This document shows, in pieces, positions 52,179 through 64,000 of a stretch of 64,000 nt of DNA. The translations under genes and the position numbers were made by a program. The stretch spans positions 96,001-160,000 of the forward strand of contig JAYZEG010000058.1 in NCBI GenBank assembly GCA_036337435.1, written 5' to 3'. The notes below the pieces were generated by a model, which saw nothing but the letters and a program-made list of their open reading frames with translations, had not been told where the DNA came from and did no database searches. How positions within the stretch are numbered: position 1 is the first letter of the stretch; the number at the start of each line of letters is the position of its first letter. The stretch comes from Myxococcota bacterium (lineage in GTDB: Bacteria > Myxococcota_A > Bradymonadia > UBA7976 > UBA1532).

Positions 52179-53482
52179 TGAATAGCCGGGTTCAGATCCT
52201 TACATGCCTTGCTCTCGGCTTGTTAGCAACCATCGCATTCAACGAGAACCAAGCCTCCAAATCCTCCACAATTCAATTCAGGTTACCAAAGTTGAGCGAT
52301 CTGAATGCCATTAAGATCAGTCAAACCGGCCGTAATGATATCCGCCTGATCCGACAAAACAATGGCTGGACGCTGGGTTCAGGGAATACAGAAATATCCG
52401 AGCGGGCACACACCTCAATGGCAGATTTAATGGCGACACCTCTATCCATGGACATGGACCTGGGCCCTGTGGAAACCCTCGACAAATATGGTCTGGGTGT
52501 CCACTCGCTGACCGTACAGTTCAAAGGTGAATTAACGCAGACAATTCGGGTTGGAAAAGTCGTCAACGATCGGCTCACCTTTATTTATGACGAGAGGTCT
52601 CAGCACGTGTACAGGGCAAGGGGTAATGTACGACGGGTTTTTGATCGAGCAAGAATAGACTGGAGAGAACGGCAGCTCTTTAGCATTGATTACGCATCTG
52701 TCGTCAGCGTGGCATCGAAGACCAAACTCAAACAAACCTGGTCGGCCTCTCGACCAGATTCAGATTCGCTCTGGACCTTTATCGATCCGGAGGACATGGA
52801 CGCCAGTCAGGACGCCATTGCTGCAGTAGTCAATACTTTTGTCCAAGCACGCGCAGCGTCGTTCATGGATGGTTCACAACCCTTCGTGGAAGAGAGGACG
52901 CTCAAAATCATAACGAAGTCCGGCCAGACGTATAAACTCTCATTAGGAAAACCAACCATAGCGGGTCAACTACCCGTTCGGCGCATCACGACAGTCAACG
53001 GCCGAAACCAGACAAGCCCATGGATCGCCATGCTTCCAAAACACCAAGCGATCTTCTTAAATCCGACGCTAGATGACCTCAGAAATAAGCGGGTTTTCGG
53101 ATTCAAGGAAGAGTCAATAGACCGAATCACGTGGACCGGAACCGAAACATTTCAGCTCAGCAAGCGTAATGACAGCTGGATTGTCGACTGGGATAAGAAA
53201 CAAAAAACTCTCGATCGGGCAGCAGCTGATTCATACCGTGAGAATTTTGCCAACCTACGCGCCCTGAAGATCCAATTGATACGACCAGAGAATCCGTTCA
53301 TGAAAAGCAGTTTCACACTGTCTGTCTATCTCAAAAATGGAACAGAGGAACGGGTTTACATCGGACAAAAATATGGGGCTGGGCGACGTATACAAACCCA
53401 TTCGAAACCAAATCAAGTGATGATTTTATCGAAGGCCTCAATGGACATTCTCGTGCCGAATGTGCGTAATTTATTTGATTAA
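52175..53482 (+). CDS. DUF4340-like exported protein
   Basis: N-terminal anchor, three repeat units (KYGL, WRERQLF, LRNKRVF); usual fourth gene of GldAFG-like operons. Confidence 0.7.
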   Translation: MMNSRVQILTCLALGLLATIAFNENQASKSSTIQFRLPKLSDLNAIKISQTGRNDIRLIRQNNGWTLGSGNTEISERAHTSMADLMATPLSMDMDLGPVETLDKYGLGVHSLTVQFKGELTQTIRVGKVVNDRLTFIYDERSQHVYRARGNVRRVFDRARIDWRERQLFSIDYASVVSVASKTKLKQTWSASRPDSDSLWTFIDPEDMDASQDAIAAVVNTFVQARAASFMDGSQPFVEERTLKIITKSGQTYKLSLGKPTIAGQLPVRRITTVNGRNQTSPWIAMLPKHQAIFLNPTLDDLRNKRVFGFKEESIDRITWTGTETFQLSKRNDSWIVDWDKKQKTLDRAAADSYRENFANLRALKIQLIRPENPFMKSSFTLSVYLKNGTEERVYIGQKYGAGRRIQTHSKPNQVMILSKASMDILVPNVRNLFD

Positions 53483-53520
53483 AATCGAGAGCTGCTCATC
53501 GAGCTTAGGCCAATTGACCA

Positions 53521-54315
53521 TTAACTTCGGATATCTCGACGTAGATCTTTTCCTATGAGTCGGATGGGCTCACACATTTCCATCAGACGCGAATGGATTC
53601 TTACGCCCACTCGATCGATCAGGTTATCCGACTCACTCCCCTCTGCTTTAGGGAGTACCTCAATTCCATAATTGGTTGTAAACAGTGTGGTTTTCTTAGA
53701 ATTGTAGCGTTTTGTAATCAGTTCATCCAAGACACTTAGTTCCCAGTCTGACCCCCGACCCTTACCGAGTTCATCTATCACCAACAAGGGAACATCAACC
53801 AATGGCTGCATGACGACGTCTGCGTGTCCGCGATCTCCGAAGGTTGCTCGCAAATCAGATAGCAGATGCATAAACTCAATAAATCTGGCTCTAATGCCAC
53901 GACTCAGAATCAGGTATCTCAAAATAGCACATGACAAATAGGTCTTGCCTGTCCCAACCGTACCGTATAGCAAAATGCCCGGGGCACCGGGTTGGTATTC
54001 CCTGACGAACCGCCAAGCCATACGACGGGCATTTGCCATATCAACCGAACCAGAATCTGTCTTAATTTTCGTAAACTCGGCATCATGATATCGGCCTGGA
54101 ATCGATGCCTCATTGTACAATTTCGCTCGTTGACCATAGCGCAGACAGCTGCACTCGATCGCATTTCGATAACCAAATTCATCAGTGTCGTAAATATAGC
54201 CCGAGCCGTCACATGTCGGGCATGGATGCATACACTCACAGACCCGAGAGACCGCAATATGATTGGCTTGATGAACATAAACACCAATTCCATTACATCT
54301 TGGACATTCGGCCAT
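53521..54315 (-). CDS. DnaC/DnaI/IstB-family AAA+ ATPase with two N-terminal Zn-ribbon motifs (putative helicase loader)
   Basis: CPRC..CEC and CPTC..CSC; IPGRY; GTVGTGKT; LVIDELG; FTTN; RIHSRLMEMC. Confidence 0.85.
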   Translation of the reverse strand: MAECPRCNGIGVYVHQANHIAVSRVCECMHPCPTCDGSGYIYDTDEFGYRNAIECSCLRYGQRAKLYNEASIPGRYHDAEFTKIKTDSGSVDMANARRMAWRFVREYQPGAPGILLYGTVGTGKTYLSCAILRYLILSRGIRARFIEFMHLLSDLRATFGDRGHADVVMQPLVDVPLLVIDELGKGRGSDWELSVLDELITKRYNSKKTTLFTTNYGIEVLPKAEGSESDNLIDRVGVRIHSRLMEMCEPIRLIGKDLRRDIRS

Positions 54316-54975
54316 TTACCAGCCACCTCCCATTCTGATCTCCAGCGCGGGTAATCTCACCAACTTACGGACCGAACGCCTGACAAAAGCTCGCTCCGTC
54401 TCGGTTTGTGTCACAGGATCAAGCCGAGGCATTTGGCTGAGCGTGAGCCGCACATCGCTTTCAATCGAGCGTTTTTGTTCCTCACTCATGCGATCCATAC
54501 ACGCCTCAAGAGTTTGGGTCTCTATTAACTCCAGGCTCGCACCCAAGTCGAGTCCTGTGCCCTTATCGTAATTCCGCTGCAGCTCGACCAAATCTGCCCT
54601 AAGCTTGTTGAACACGGGCAGATAGGGACGTGAATCCGCTGCCAAAAGTAAATCATCGATTTGGGCAAGGAAACCATCAAACCCAGCTGTGACTGACTCA
54701 CAATCAAGGTCTGTAGACAGCTTAGAACCCACCCGGCTATCCCGATAGAGTTGTGCTGCTTTATCAACAGACTTAGAGACGAAAGCCAAACTGCTTACGC
54801 GACGATTCGGCGGTACTTCAAATGCCCGCTTTATGCCCTGAATGACCACATCCTTCGGAATTTGGGCTCGATACCAGCGAGCAACCAGGCTGTGGTCTTT
54901 TGGAGACAGCATCAACCCCCGCCCAGTCGCGCGGATGAATGCTGTCGTAATCGCCTCGAGATAGTCCCGATCCAC
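54316..54975 (-). CDS. Hypothetical protein with a DnaD-like N-terminal domain
   Basis: GTG start 5 nt after the gyrB stop; F..ATGRGLMLSPKD..LVARW...IPKDVVIQGIKRAF resembles the DnaD/DnaB_2 pattern. Confidence 0.6.
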   Translation of the reverse strand: MDRDYLEAITTAFIRATGRGLMLSPKDHSLVARWYRAQIPKDVVIQGIKRAFEVPPNRRVSSLAFVSKSVDKAAQLYRDSRVGSKLSTDLDCESVTAGFDGFLAQIDDLLLAADSRPYLPVFNKLRADLVELQRNYDKGTGLDLGASLELIETQTLEACMDRMSEEQKRSIESDVRLTLSQMPRLDPVTQTETERAFVRRSVRKLVRLPALEIRMGGGW

Positions 54976-54979
54976 AACC

Positions 54980-57586
<2,607 letters not shown>

Positions 57587-57759
57587 TTAGGGATACGGGA
57601 CATTGGTCGAAACCATATCATGAGCGCGGGTGCTCAACAAGGCTTTAGGGGTGTTAAACCGAGGGGTTTGAAGCCGAGTTAAACCGTTGCAAAACCAGGT
57701 TCTCGGTGAGTCGAAATGAGAGCTAAAAAATCAAGCGAATGGGTCTGCTGAGACGCGAT

Positions 57760-58212
57760 TTAAACAGAGGCGACGATCAAGCGTCGGACACGTTCGTCAC
57801 CTTCGCTAAAAGTCTCAACGGTTTCATCGTCCTTTAGCTTGGTATGAATGATCCGACGTTCAGTCGAATTGAGACCCTCAAAAACAGCCCGCCGACCATT
57901 TCGCACAACGGCACGAGCAACATCATCTGCAGCGACTTCCAACAATTCGCGTCGTGCTTCTAATTGTCCATCGACATCGATCACACAATTCAGCCGTTCC
58001 TGACCGACTCTGCTAATTGCTTGGGACGTCAATACGGTCAACGCGGATACCAGTGCTGGACGCGTTTTCAGTACGTGCGTCTCACCAGACACTTCATAAA
58101 TCACTCGGTCATCGGTCTCTTTGACGGTGAGTTCAACGTCAACGTCAAGGTGTTCGAGAACAGCGTTCAAGAAGGCTTGGCCTGCATTTGATGGATTGAG
58201 TTGCTCACCCAT
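57760..58212 (-). CDS. jag: Jag/KhpB (EloR) RNA-binding protein, short form
   Basis: R3H motif ERRIIH, TFSEG..R; downstream of yidC. Start re-called to ATG 58212. Confidence 0.85.
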   Translation of the reverse strand: MGEQLNPSNAGQAFLNAVLEHLDVDVELTVKETDDRVIYEVSGETHVLKTRPALVSALTVLTSQAISRVGQERLNCVIDVDGQLEARRELLEVAADDVARAVVRNGRRAVFEGLNSTERRIIHTKLKDDETVETFSEGDERVRRLIVASV

Positions 58213-58223
58213 GGATATACCTT

Positions 58224-59987
58224 TCACCGTTTAGCGCGTGCCTTCTGAGGCACGACCGCGTCCTGCTGTCTGTATGAATACCACTGCTGCCCAATACCGA
58301 GAACGGTGTTGACGAGAATATATAAGACCAAACCGCTCGGCAGAAACAGCATCATCGCTGTAAACATGATGGGCATGACCCACATGAGAATTTTGGTTTG
58401 AGTCTGGTCACCAGCAGATGGATTGAGCCGAAACTGAATGATCATCAAGAGACCCAAAAGAACCGGTGTGACATAATACGGATCTTGTTGAGACAAATCG
58501 GTCAACCACCCACCAAAGTGAGCTTGGTATAGTTCGACGGCCGAGTAGATCGTTCGGTAGAGAGCGAAATAAATCGGCATCATCATGACCATGGGTAGAC
58601 ACCCAGCCAGGGGATTGACTTGATGCTCTTTATAGAGCTTCATCATCTCCTGCTGCATCCGGACTTTGTCTTCTGAATGTTTCTCCTGCAGCGCCTTCAT
58701 CAACGGTTGGATTTTCTTCATGGCTGCCATTGATTTGTACTGCTTAATGGTGAGTGGCAAGGTCAGCAGCTTGACAAAGATCGTGAGAATGATGATCGCG
58801 ATGCCCCAATTGGGGATGTACTCGAACGAAAACCTCATGAGCCAAAGCATGGGGACGCAGATCACCGAGAAGAAACCAAAATCGATCGCGTCTCCGAGAG
58901 GGGGCTGTTGGACATTGAGTTCCGATAGTTTTTTCGGCCCACCGTAGAACTTAAATTTCCGAACAACGGATGCACCAGCTTGCCCAGCGGCAGCGAGCGC
59001 ACCAGGCTGAAGCTCAATCCGAGTATAAAGCCGAGAAAAGCCAGGTGGCGTCGACGCACCACTTTCGCCTAAGGACGCAGCACACGACTTGATCTCTGCG
59101 TTCTCCACAAGCAGTGCCGTCATGAAGTACCGATTGTCCATCCCGGCCCAACGAACACCATCGCTAAAGCTGTTCAAATGAGGTTCGCCGTCGTTGATAT
59201 GTTCTGCGATATCAGAAACCGGAAGTCGCTCAAAATCTTCGTTGCGCATGCACAGTGAGTTGAACAGGTTGAGCGGTGGCATAAACATACTGGGCTCGGC
59301 CTCTTTGTTGTTTTGGAGAGCACCAAAGGACGCGTTTAGCGCGTATGTTCGTTGCCGATTAGCCAGGTTGATCAACTCAATCTCGACGTCAACCGTGTAG
59401 GAACTCTTGTCGAGAGAGTACCGTTTGATAACCTTCAGTTGACGCTGATTATCCGTCCACTCTAAGGCAGCAACCCCATCGCCTTCGGTTTTCGCGACTT
59501 TGAAATCGCCAACGATGTCACGACCATCGAATTTGAGGTCCATCTTCGGCGGCAAAAAGTGACTTGTCAGACCATCCGTTGCGCCTTGGCGTCTCGCGAA
59601 GGCAAATGGAGCGGGCTTCTGTTCTGGATCGGTTCCACGGACGCCGTACTGTTCTTCCAAGAGTGTCCACCGACTGATCTGACCATCTAAATTAGACAAC
59701 TCAATCTGCTGTACTTTGCCTGCGCTAAGCTGGGCAATGGCTCGATGCTCGATGGGTGGCTGTTGGATTGCCGAAGTCTCTGCCTCTGCGGGGGACGATG
59801 AGGTGCCCGGTTGCGGGTTGGTTGACGGCACAGTTGGCTGGTTTTTTTTCTCCGCCGCCACCTTTTGCTTGGGCATTGTCTTTACCGGCGGAGGCATCAT
59901 CGACTGCCAAACCATGAGCACAAGAACACTCAAAGCGATGGCCATGACCAGATTTTTTTGATCTAAGTTATTGTCCGGACCGTTCAT
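58224..59987 (-). CDS. yidC: Membrane protein insertase YidC
   Basis: [42 protein letters not shown]. Start re-called to ATG 59987. Confidence 0.96.
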   Translation of the reverse strand: MNGPDNNLDQKNLVMAIALSVLVLMVWQSMMPPPVKTMPKQKVAAEKKNQPTVPSTNPQPGTSSSPAEAETSAIQQPPIEHRAIAQLSAGKVQQIELSNLDGQISRWTLLEEQYGVRGTDPEQKPAPFAFARRQGATDGLTSHFLPPKMDLKFDGRDIVGDFKVAKTEGDGVAALEWTDNQRQLKVIKRYSLDKSSYTVDVEIELINLANRQRTYALNASFGALQNNKEAEPSMFMPPLNLFNSLCMRNEDFERLPVSDIAEHINDGEPHLNSFSDGVRWAGMDNRYFMTALLVENAEIKSCAASLGESGASTPPGFSRLYTRIELQPGALAAAGQAGASVVRKFKFYGGPKKLSELNVQQPPLGDAIDFGFFSVICVPMLWLMRFSFEYIPNWGIAIIILTIFVKLLTLPLTIKQYKSMAAMKKIQPLMKALQEKHSEDKVRMQQEMMKLYKEHQVNPLAGCLPMVMMMPIYFALYRTIYSAVELYQAHFGGWLTDLSQQDPYYVTPVLLGLLMIIQFRLNPSAGDQTQTKILMWVMPIMFTAMMLFLPSGLVLYILVNTVLGIGQQWYSYRQQDAVVPQKARAKR

Positions 59988-60204
59988 TATTCGCCTCAAC
60001 AGGGTCATATCCACCGGCATGTAACGGGTGGCATTTACAAACGCGTTTCAGCGTCAGAAAGCTGCCCCGAAAGAATCCGAAGCGTCTGTATGCAGTAATT
60101 GCGTACTGAGAGCAAGTAGGTTGAAAGCGACACGTTGGTGGAGTCAACGGCGAGATGTAGCGCTGATAACAGCGAATCAGCCAAATACAGAACCGACTCA
60201 ACAC
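59968..60204 (-). CDS. yidD: Membrane protein insertion efficiency factor YidD
   Basis: [26 protein letters not shown]. Confidence 0.95.
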   Translation of the reverse strand: MLSRFCIWLIRCYQRYISPLTPPTCRFQPTCSQYAITAYRRFGFFRGSFLTLKRVCKCHPLHAGGYDPVEANNERSGQ

Positions 60205-60590
60205 GATTTGCGTCTCCCAGAACGTGGCCGCTGCTCGAGTTTATTTTTCAGTTTCACTATCGATGACATCAGCTGATCTTTGACCTGTTCGAAACTTGCT
60301 TCCCCGCGACCGTGCCGAGCCACAAAAACGACCTGGATGCCAGTAGGTAGCTCAACTTGATTTCTACGGAACGACTCACGTATCAGCCTCTTTAGGCGAT
60401 TTCGCACGTGTGCTTTACCCACCTTACGACTGACCGTAATGCCAATTTGAAGGGCATTTGGCCTTGCCCCACGAGCATAGACCACGAAATGCTGTGTGAC
60501 GATGCGGTAGCGACTACGCTGAACCGACAGAAACTGCCGCCTCTTTCTGAGACGCGCCGACTTAGGAAACCGCTCGCCGGTGTGAATCAC
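60198..60590 (-). CDS. rnpA: Ribonuclease P protein component
   Basis: [30 protein letters not shown]. Confidence 0.95.
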   Translation of the reverse strand: MIHTGERFPKSARLRKRRQFLSVQRSRYRIVTQHFVVYARGARPNALQIGITVSRKVGKAHVRNRLKRLIRESFRRNQVELPTGIQVVFVARHGRGEASFEQVKDQLMSSIVKLKNKLEQRPRSGRRKSC

Positions 60591-60739
60591 TTCCGGTACG
60601 TTGACACAGTCAGTCGCTTACGACCCTTTTGACGACGTCGTTTGATCACAGCACGACCACTTTTCGTCTGCATTCGAGCACGAAATCCGTGGGTACGTTT
60701 TCTAGACACATTACTTGGTTGGAATGTTCGCTTCGACAT
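60587..60739 (-). CDS. rpmH: 50S ribosomal protein L34
   Basis: Below the ORF-track cutoff. Manual translation: [50 protein letters not shown]; stop overlaps the rnpA GTG. Confidence 0.97.
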   Translation of the reverse strand: MSKRTFQPSNVSRKRTHGFRARMQTKSGRAVIKRRRQKGRKRLTVSTYRK

Positions 60740-61307
60740 CCTAACTGCTCCTTAATTGGAAAAACCGCCCACGCCACCAGGGGACGTAGAGCGCGGCATA
60801 GAAACACATTCGTGTGTAAAATGTCAACATCTGTATGCACAAACATCGGTATGAAATGAAGATCGCTCAAAAGCCCAGGAGAGATCGCATAAAAATCAAA
60901 AACCCCATCGCCATGAGACAGCTATACTTCGATTCGGTTATTCACAGATCTTTGTCCAAACCGGGCTCAAGACACAATGTTGAGTCCACCAGATCCATAG
61001 CAAAACAACGGAAAAATAATCGAGTCAAAGCCAACCATCTTGGGATCCATGCACGTCTTGATCGGCGTTTTAGCAGGCAAGTCAAGATTCGGAAGGTGCT
61101 CTGAACCCCCGACTTCATTATGTTTTTTAAAAAGGATCAAAAAGCGGTTGTGACGCGGCTAATCCGCTGTTACTAGATCGGAATGTCGGCGGCGGTCACT
61201 CACCGTCAGGCGACTTTCATTGTAAATCATGGCCGTGTCCAAAGTTATCCACAAAACTGTGGATAACCCTGGGGATAAGTGCGACTTGCAGGAGTCGGAG
61301 AGAGACG
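60740..61307. other. Probable oriC / dnaA regulatory region
   Basis: 568-bp gap between rpmH and dnaA. DnaA boxes TTATTCACA (60938-60946), TTATCCACA (61245-61253), TGTGGATAA (61258-61266), TGGGGATAA (61270-61278); AT-rich tract at about 61115-61144. Confidence 0.7.
61148..61176 (+). promoter_or_regulatory. Candidate dnaA promoter
   Basis: TTGTGA, 17 nt spacer, TACTAG with an extended -10 TG, upstream of the DnaA-box cluster. Confidence 0.35.
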
Positions 61308-62660
61308 TTGAGCGGAATTTGGTCGGAGGCATTAGCGGTTATTAGGTCGCAAGTGACTCAAGAAAATTACAAGACATATTTTCGTCCGCTCAGGCTGTCC
61401 GAAATGACTGAAAATCACGTTGTGCTGGAAGTCAATGATGACTTTTTTCGCGATTGGATCAAAGACCACTATTACGATCTGCTGACGCGGGCTCTGACCC
61501 AAGCGTCGGGTCAATCATTTACAGTCGAGTTAAAAGTGTCCGAATGCCCCGTCGTTGAAACGACGGCTCCGTTGAGTGACGACCCGAAATCAAAAATCGG
61601 AATCACTCACATCGATTCATGCACTGCACCGCTGGAAGAATTTCCAATCAATCCACATTATACATTCGAAAACTTTGTCATCGGCCCAGCAAACCAAATG
61701 GCTCACGCGGCGTCACGTTCGGTCGCAGCGAGCCCAAGCCACGCCTTCAATCCCTTGTTTATCTACGGCGGCACTGGGTTGGGTAAGACGCATTTACTTC
61801 ACGCCGTCGCTCATCAGATCAGAAAATCAAATCCTCAATCGCGAATTCTTTACATCAGCGCAGAGGAATTCATGAATCAGGTGATTCAGAGCATCAAAAG
61901 CCGCACGATGGCTGCTCTGCGTGAGCGATACCGTCGAACATGCGACATCTTACTGATGGATGATGTTCATGTATTAGCGGGAAAGGAAGCAACCCAAGAA
62001 GAGTTCTTCCATACCTTCAACGCGCTTCATGCTGCACAAAAGCAAATCATCCTGACGAGCGACCAACCGCCCCAGGACATCTCTCGGCTAGAGAAGCGAC
62101 TTCGATCACGATTTCAATGGGGCTTGATTACCGATATTCAACCCCCACAGTTTGAAACACGGGTTGCAATTTTACAGGAAAAGGCGACTCGAGATGGCAT
62201 TGAGTTACCCGCCGATGTTGCATTGTATTTGGCCCGCATTGTTCAGGCCAACGTGAGAGAGCTCGAAGGGGCTCTGACACGTCTGTCTGCATTTGCCAGT
62301 TTCCGAAGAACAAGACTATCCGTGGATTTTGCCAAACAGGTTCTCAAAGGTCTGTTCGATAAGAAAACCAATGTTTTATCCATCGATCAGGTGATCCAAT
62401 TGGTGGCAGACCATTTTCAAGTCAGCGTCAACGACTTGGTCGGTAAGCGGCGGTTTAGAGCGATCGCTCATCCGCGAAGTATCGCCATGTACTTATGCAG
62501 AAAACATGTGCAGGCGTCATTCCCACAACTGGGCCGAGAATTCGGTGGTAAAGACCACAGTACTGTATTAGCTGCATGCCGAAAGATAGAAAACGCGATC
62601 GTGAGTAACGACAAACTGAGATCCGATATCCAATCTCTTGAGCGTCGTCTCGGCAGTTAA
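61308..62660 (+). CDS. dnaA: Chromosomal replication initiator DnaA
   Basis: YTFENFVIG, NPLFIYGGTGLGKTHL, QEEFFHTFN, NVRELEGAL, FGGKDHSTV; TTG start with GGAG upstream. Confidence 0.98.
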   Translation: MSGIWSEALAVIRSQVTQENYKTYFRPLRLSEMTENHVVLEVNDDFFRDWIKDHYYDLLTRALTQASGQSFTVELKVSECPVVETTAPLSDDPKSKIGITHIDSCTAPLEEFPINPHYTFENFVIGPANQMAHAASRSVAASPSHAFNPLFIYGGTGLGKTHLLHAVAHQIRKSNPQSRILYISAEEFMNQVIQSIKSRTMAALRERYRRTCDILLMDDVHVLAGKEATQEEFFHTFNALHAAQKQIILTSDQPPQDISRLEKRLRSRFQWGLITDIQPPQFETRVAILQEKATRDGIELPADVALYLARIVQANVRELEGALTRLSAFASFRRTRLSVDFAKQVLKGLFDKKTNVLSIDQVIQLVADHFQVSVNDLVGKRRFRAIAHPRSIAMYLCRKHVQASFPQLGREFGGKDHSTVLAACRKIENAIVSNDKLRSDIQSLERRLGS

Positions 62661-62780
62661 ATATCGATCTGTCGCCGCGGAGTTGTTTATGTCACCAGTC
62701 TCGAGACCCAGAGAACATCGACGTGCAAGAGAGCTCATGAACATCCCAATTCTAACCCCCAGCTGAAGAACCAAGGTCAG

Positions 62781-63614
62781 ATGGTACTTGCGCATTTACT
62801 CATCCTAATCACGGTCTTGAGCTCACCACTTCAATCCACTGAAAAGGATCTCCGGGTGGTGTCGTTGGCACCCTCAAATACAGAACTCATGTTCGCAATT
62901 GGGGCCGAAGACCTCTTGGTCGGCAGAACCTCTCGCTGTAATTATCCAAGTCAGGCAGAGTCGATCACCAATGTCGGCAGTCTTTTTCCTGCAAACTATG
63001 AAAAGATTATCAGCCTGAGACCGGATCTCGTTCTGATGATCGATGGCGACCTTAAGGTCAAGCAGCGTCTGGAAAGTCTGGGCATAAAGATTGTTGTCAT
63101 CCATCCCAAAACAGTTCGAGAGATTGCCAGTTCAATGCGTTTCTTAGGACAGATCACCAATCGGGGAAAACAAGCCGATGACCGCAGCCAATCATTTCTA
63201 AACGCACTAAAGACACTCGATAACAGCCAAACAAGACCGCGAAGAATTCTCTATGAAGTGTGGAACCAACCCCTGATCATTCCGGGACCAAAAACGTTCT
63301 TGGCAGACCTAATTCGGCTCTCTGGAGGACTCCCAATCGGTGGTCAATTATCAGGATCGTGGCCACAAGTGGATTTAGAATGGGCGATGAGTCAAAACCC
63401 TGAGTTCATTCTCGTTCGAAACGCAGAACGAAAAACTTATTTTCTCAATAGTCCAATCTGGAGAGAGACATCGGCCGTAAAGAAAAATCAGGTTTTAGTT
63501 CTTCCCAACGAAGATATTTTTACGAGACCCGGACCGAGGGTACACACAGCGATCAACTGGTTGTCTCACAAGCTCAACACATCTCAGACACAAAAGATGC
63601 GGACCCATGAGTAA
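62781..63614 (+). CDS. Helical-backbone periplasmic binding protein (BtuF/cobalamin- or iron-chelate-type)
   Basis: Signal peptide; RVVSLAPSNTE, E.I..L.PDLV, RPGPR. Confidence 0.85.
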   Translation: MVLAHLLILITVLSSPLQSTEKDLRVVSLAPSNTELMFAIGAEDLLVGRTSRCNYPSQAESITNVGSLFPANYEKIISLRPDLVLMIDGDLKVKQRLESLGIKIVVIHPKTVREIASSMRFLGQITNRGKQADDRSQSFLNALKTLDNSQTRPRRILYEVWNQPLIIPGPKTFLADLIRLSGGLPIGGQLSGSWPQVDLEWAMSQNPEFILVRNAERKTYFLNSPIWRETSAVKKNQVLVLPNEDIFTRPGPRVHTAINWLSHKLNTSQTQKMRTHE

Positions 63615-64000
63615 GTCATCGAAAATCCGGAAGACCAACTCAACAGTCTATATCTCTGGCTTGATGCTGCTGATCCTCGTCGTTTTAGCACTGACCCATC
63701 TAGCCCAGGGAGCCCATCAAATGAGTATGCACGACTTGTGGGCCTGCTTAACGGGTGAGGTCGGTCAGGGTGGTGATAAGACAACGTACACCATTGTGTG
63801 GTCCATCCGGCTTCCGCGTTTACTGACCGCGATCATCGTTGGAAGTAGCCTAGCGGTCTCGGGAGCCGCACTTCAGGGTCTTTTTCGGAATCCCCTCGCG
63901 GATCCTTACGTGCTTGGCATCGCATCGGGGGGTGCCTTCGGGGCTGCTCTAGCAATGCTGCTTTCAACTCAAGTGATTTTCGGAGCGACCACCGGTGCCT
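63607..64000 (+). CDS. FecCD/BtuC family ABC permease, runs off the window edge
   Basis: Not in the ORF track. Manual translation from ATG 63607 contains IRLPR...GSSLAVSGAALQGLFRNPLADPYVLGIASGG. Confidence 0.9.
   Translation, partial: MSKSSKIRKTNSTVYISGLMLLILVVLALTHLAQGAHQMSMHDLWACLTGEVGQGGDKTTYTIVWSIRLPRLLTAIIVGSSLAVSGAALQGLFRNPLADPYVLGIASGGAFGAALAMLLSTQVIFGATTGA

Noticed and set aside
48938..53482. Evidence of Bacteroidetes-type gliding motility
   Set aside because: GldAFG homologues are widespread in non-gliders, and no gldK-N/spr genes are present.
53521..54315. IS21 element (IstB-like ATPase)
   Set aside because: No IstA DDE transposase or terminal inverted repeats nearby. The Zn-ribbon N-terminus and coupling to gyrB fit a helicase loader better.
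60629..61104. Small ORFs in the rpmH-dnaA gap
   Set aside because: They overlap rpmH or the DnaA-box region and have no recognisable protein features.
62661..62780. Cobalamin riboswitch upstream of the BtuF-like gene
   Set aside because: The gap is only 120 bp and I see no B12-box or GGGAA/GCCACTG-type core motifs.

Overview
A 64-kb stretch of core chromosome from a roughly 50% GC diderm bacterium. Gene content and order suggest Myxococcota/deltaproteobacteria: split atp operon, cysS-uvrB-uvrC, a bactofilin beside parAB, a tandem ArsA-like pair and a DUF4175/MoxR operon. The window contains the probable replication origin: rpmH-rnpA-yidD-yidC-jag-gyrB diverging from dnaA, a cluster of DnaA boxes, parAB and parS sites. 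I found no rRNA, tRNA, CRISPR array or mobile element. The most interesting signals are: (1) a DnaD-like gene plus a double-Zn-ribbon DnaC/DnaI-type helicase-loader gene tightly coupled behind gyrB next to oriC, with no phage or IS context; (2) a lipoprotein of five tandem Cys-paired, Ca-loop-like domains beside a GT2 + GT-C operon; (3) a small exported cytochrome built from three M-x10-CxxCH repeats; (4) a Get3/ArsA-like ATPase pair without arsenic genes, plus a tail-anchored Zn-ribbon protein in the same window; (5) an ECF sigma / Zn-less anti-sigma / basic exported protein triad; and (6) a reshuffled origin region where dnaA has no adjacent dnaN/recF. All product calls come from motif recognition by eye; no database searches were run.
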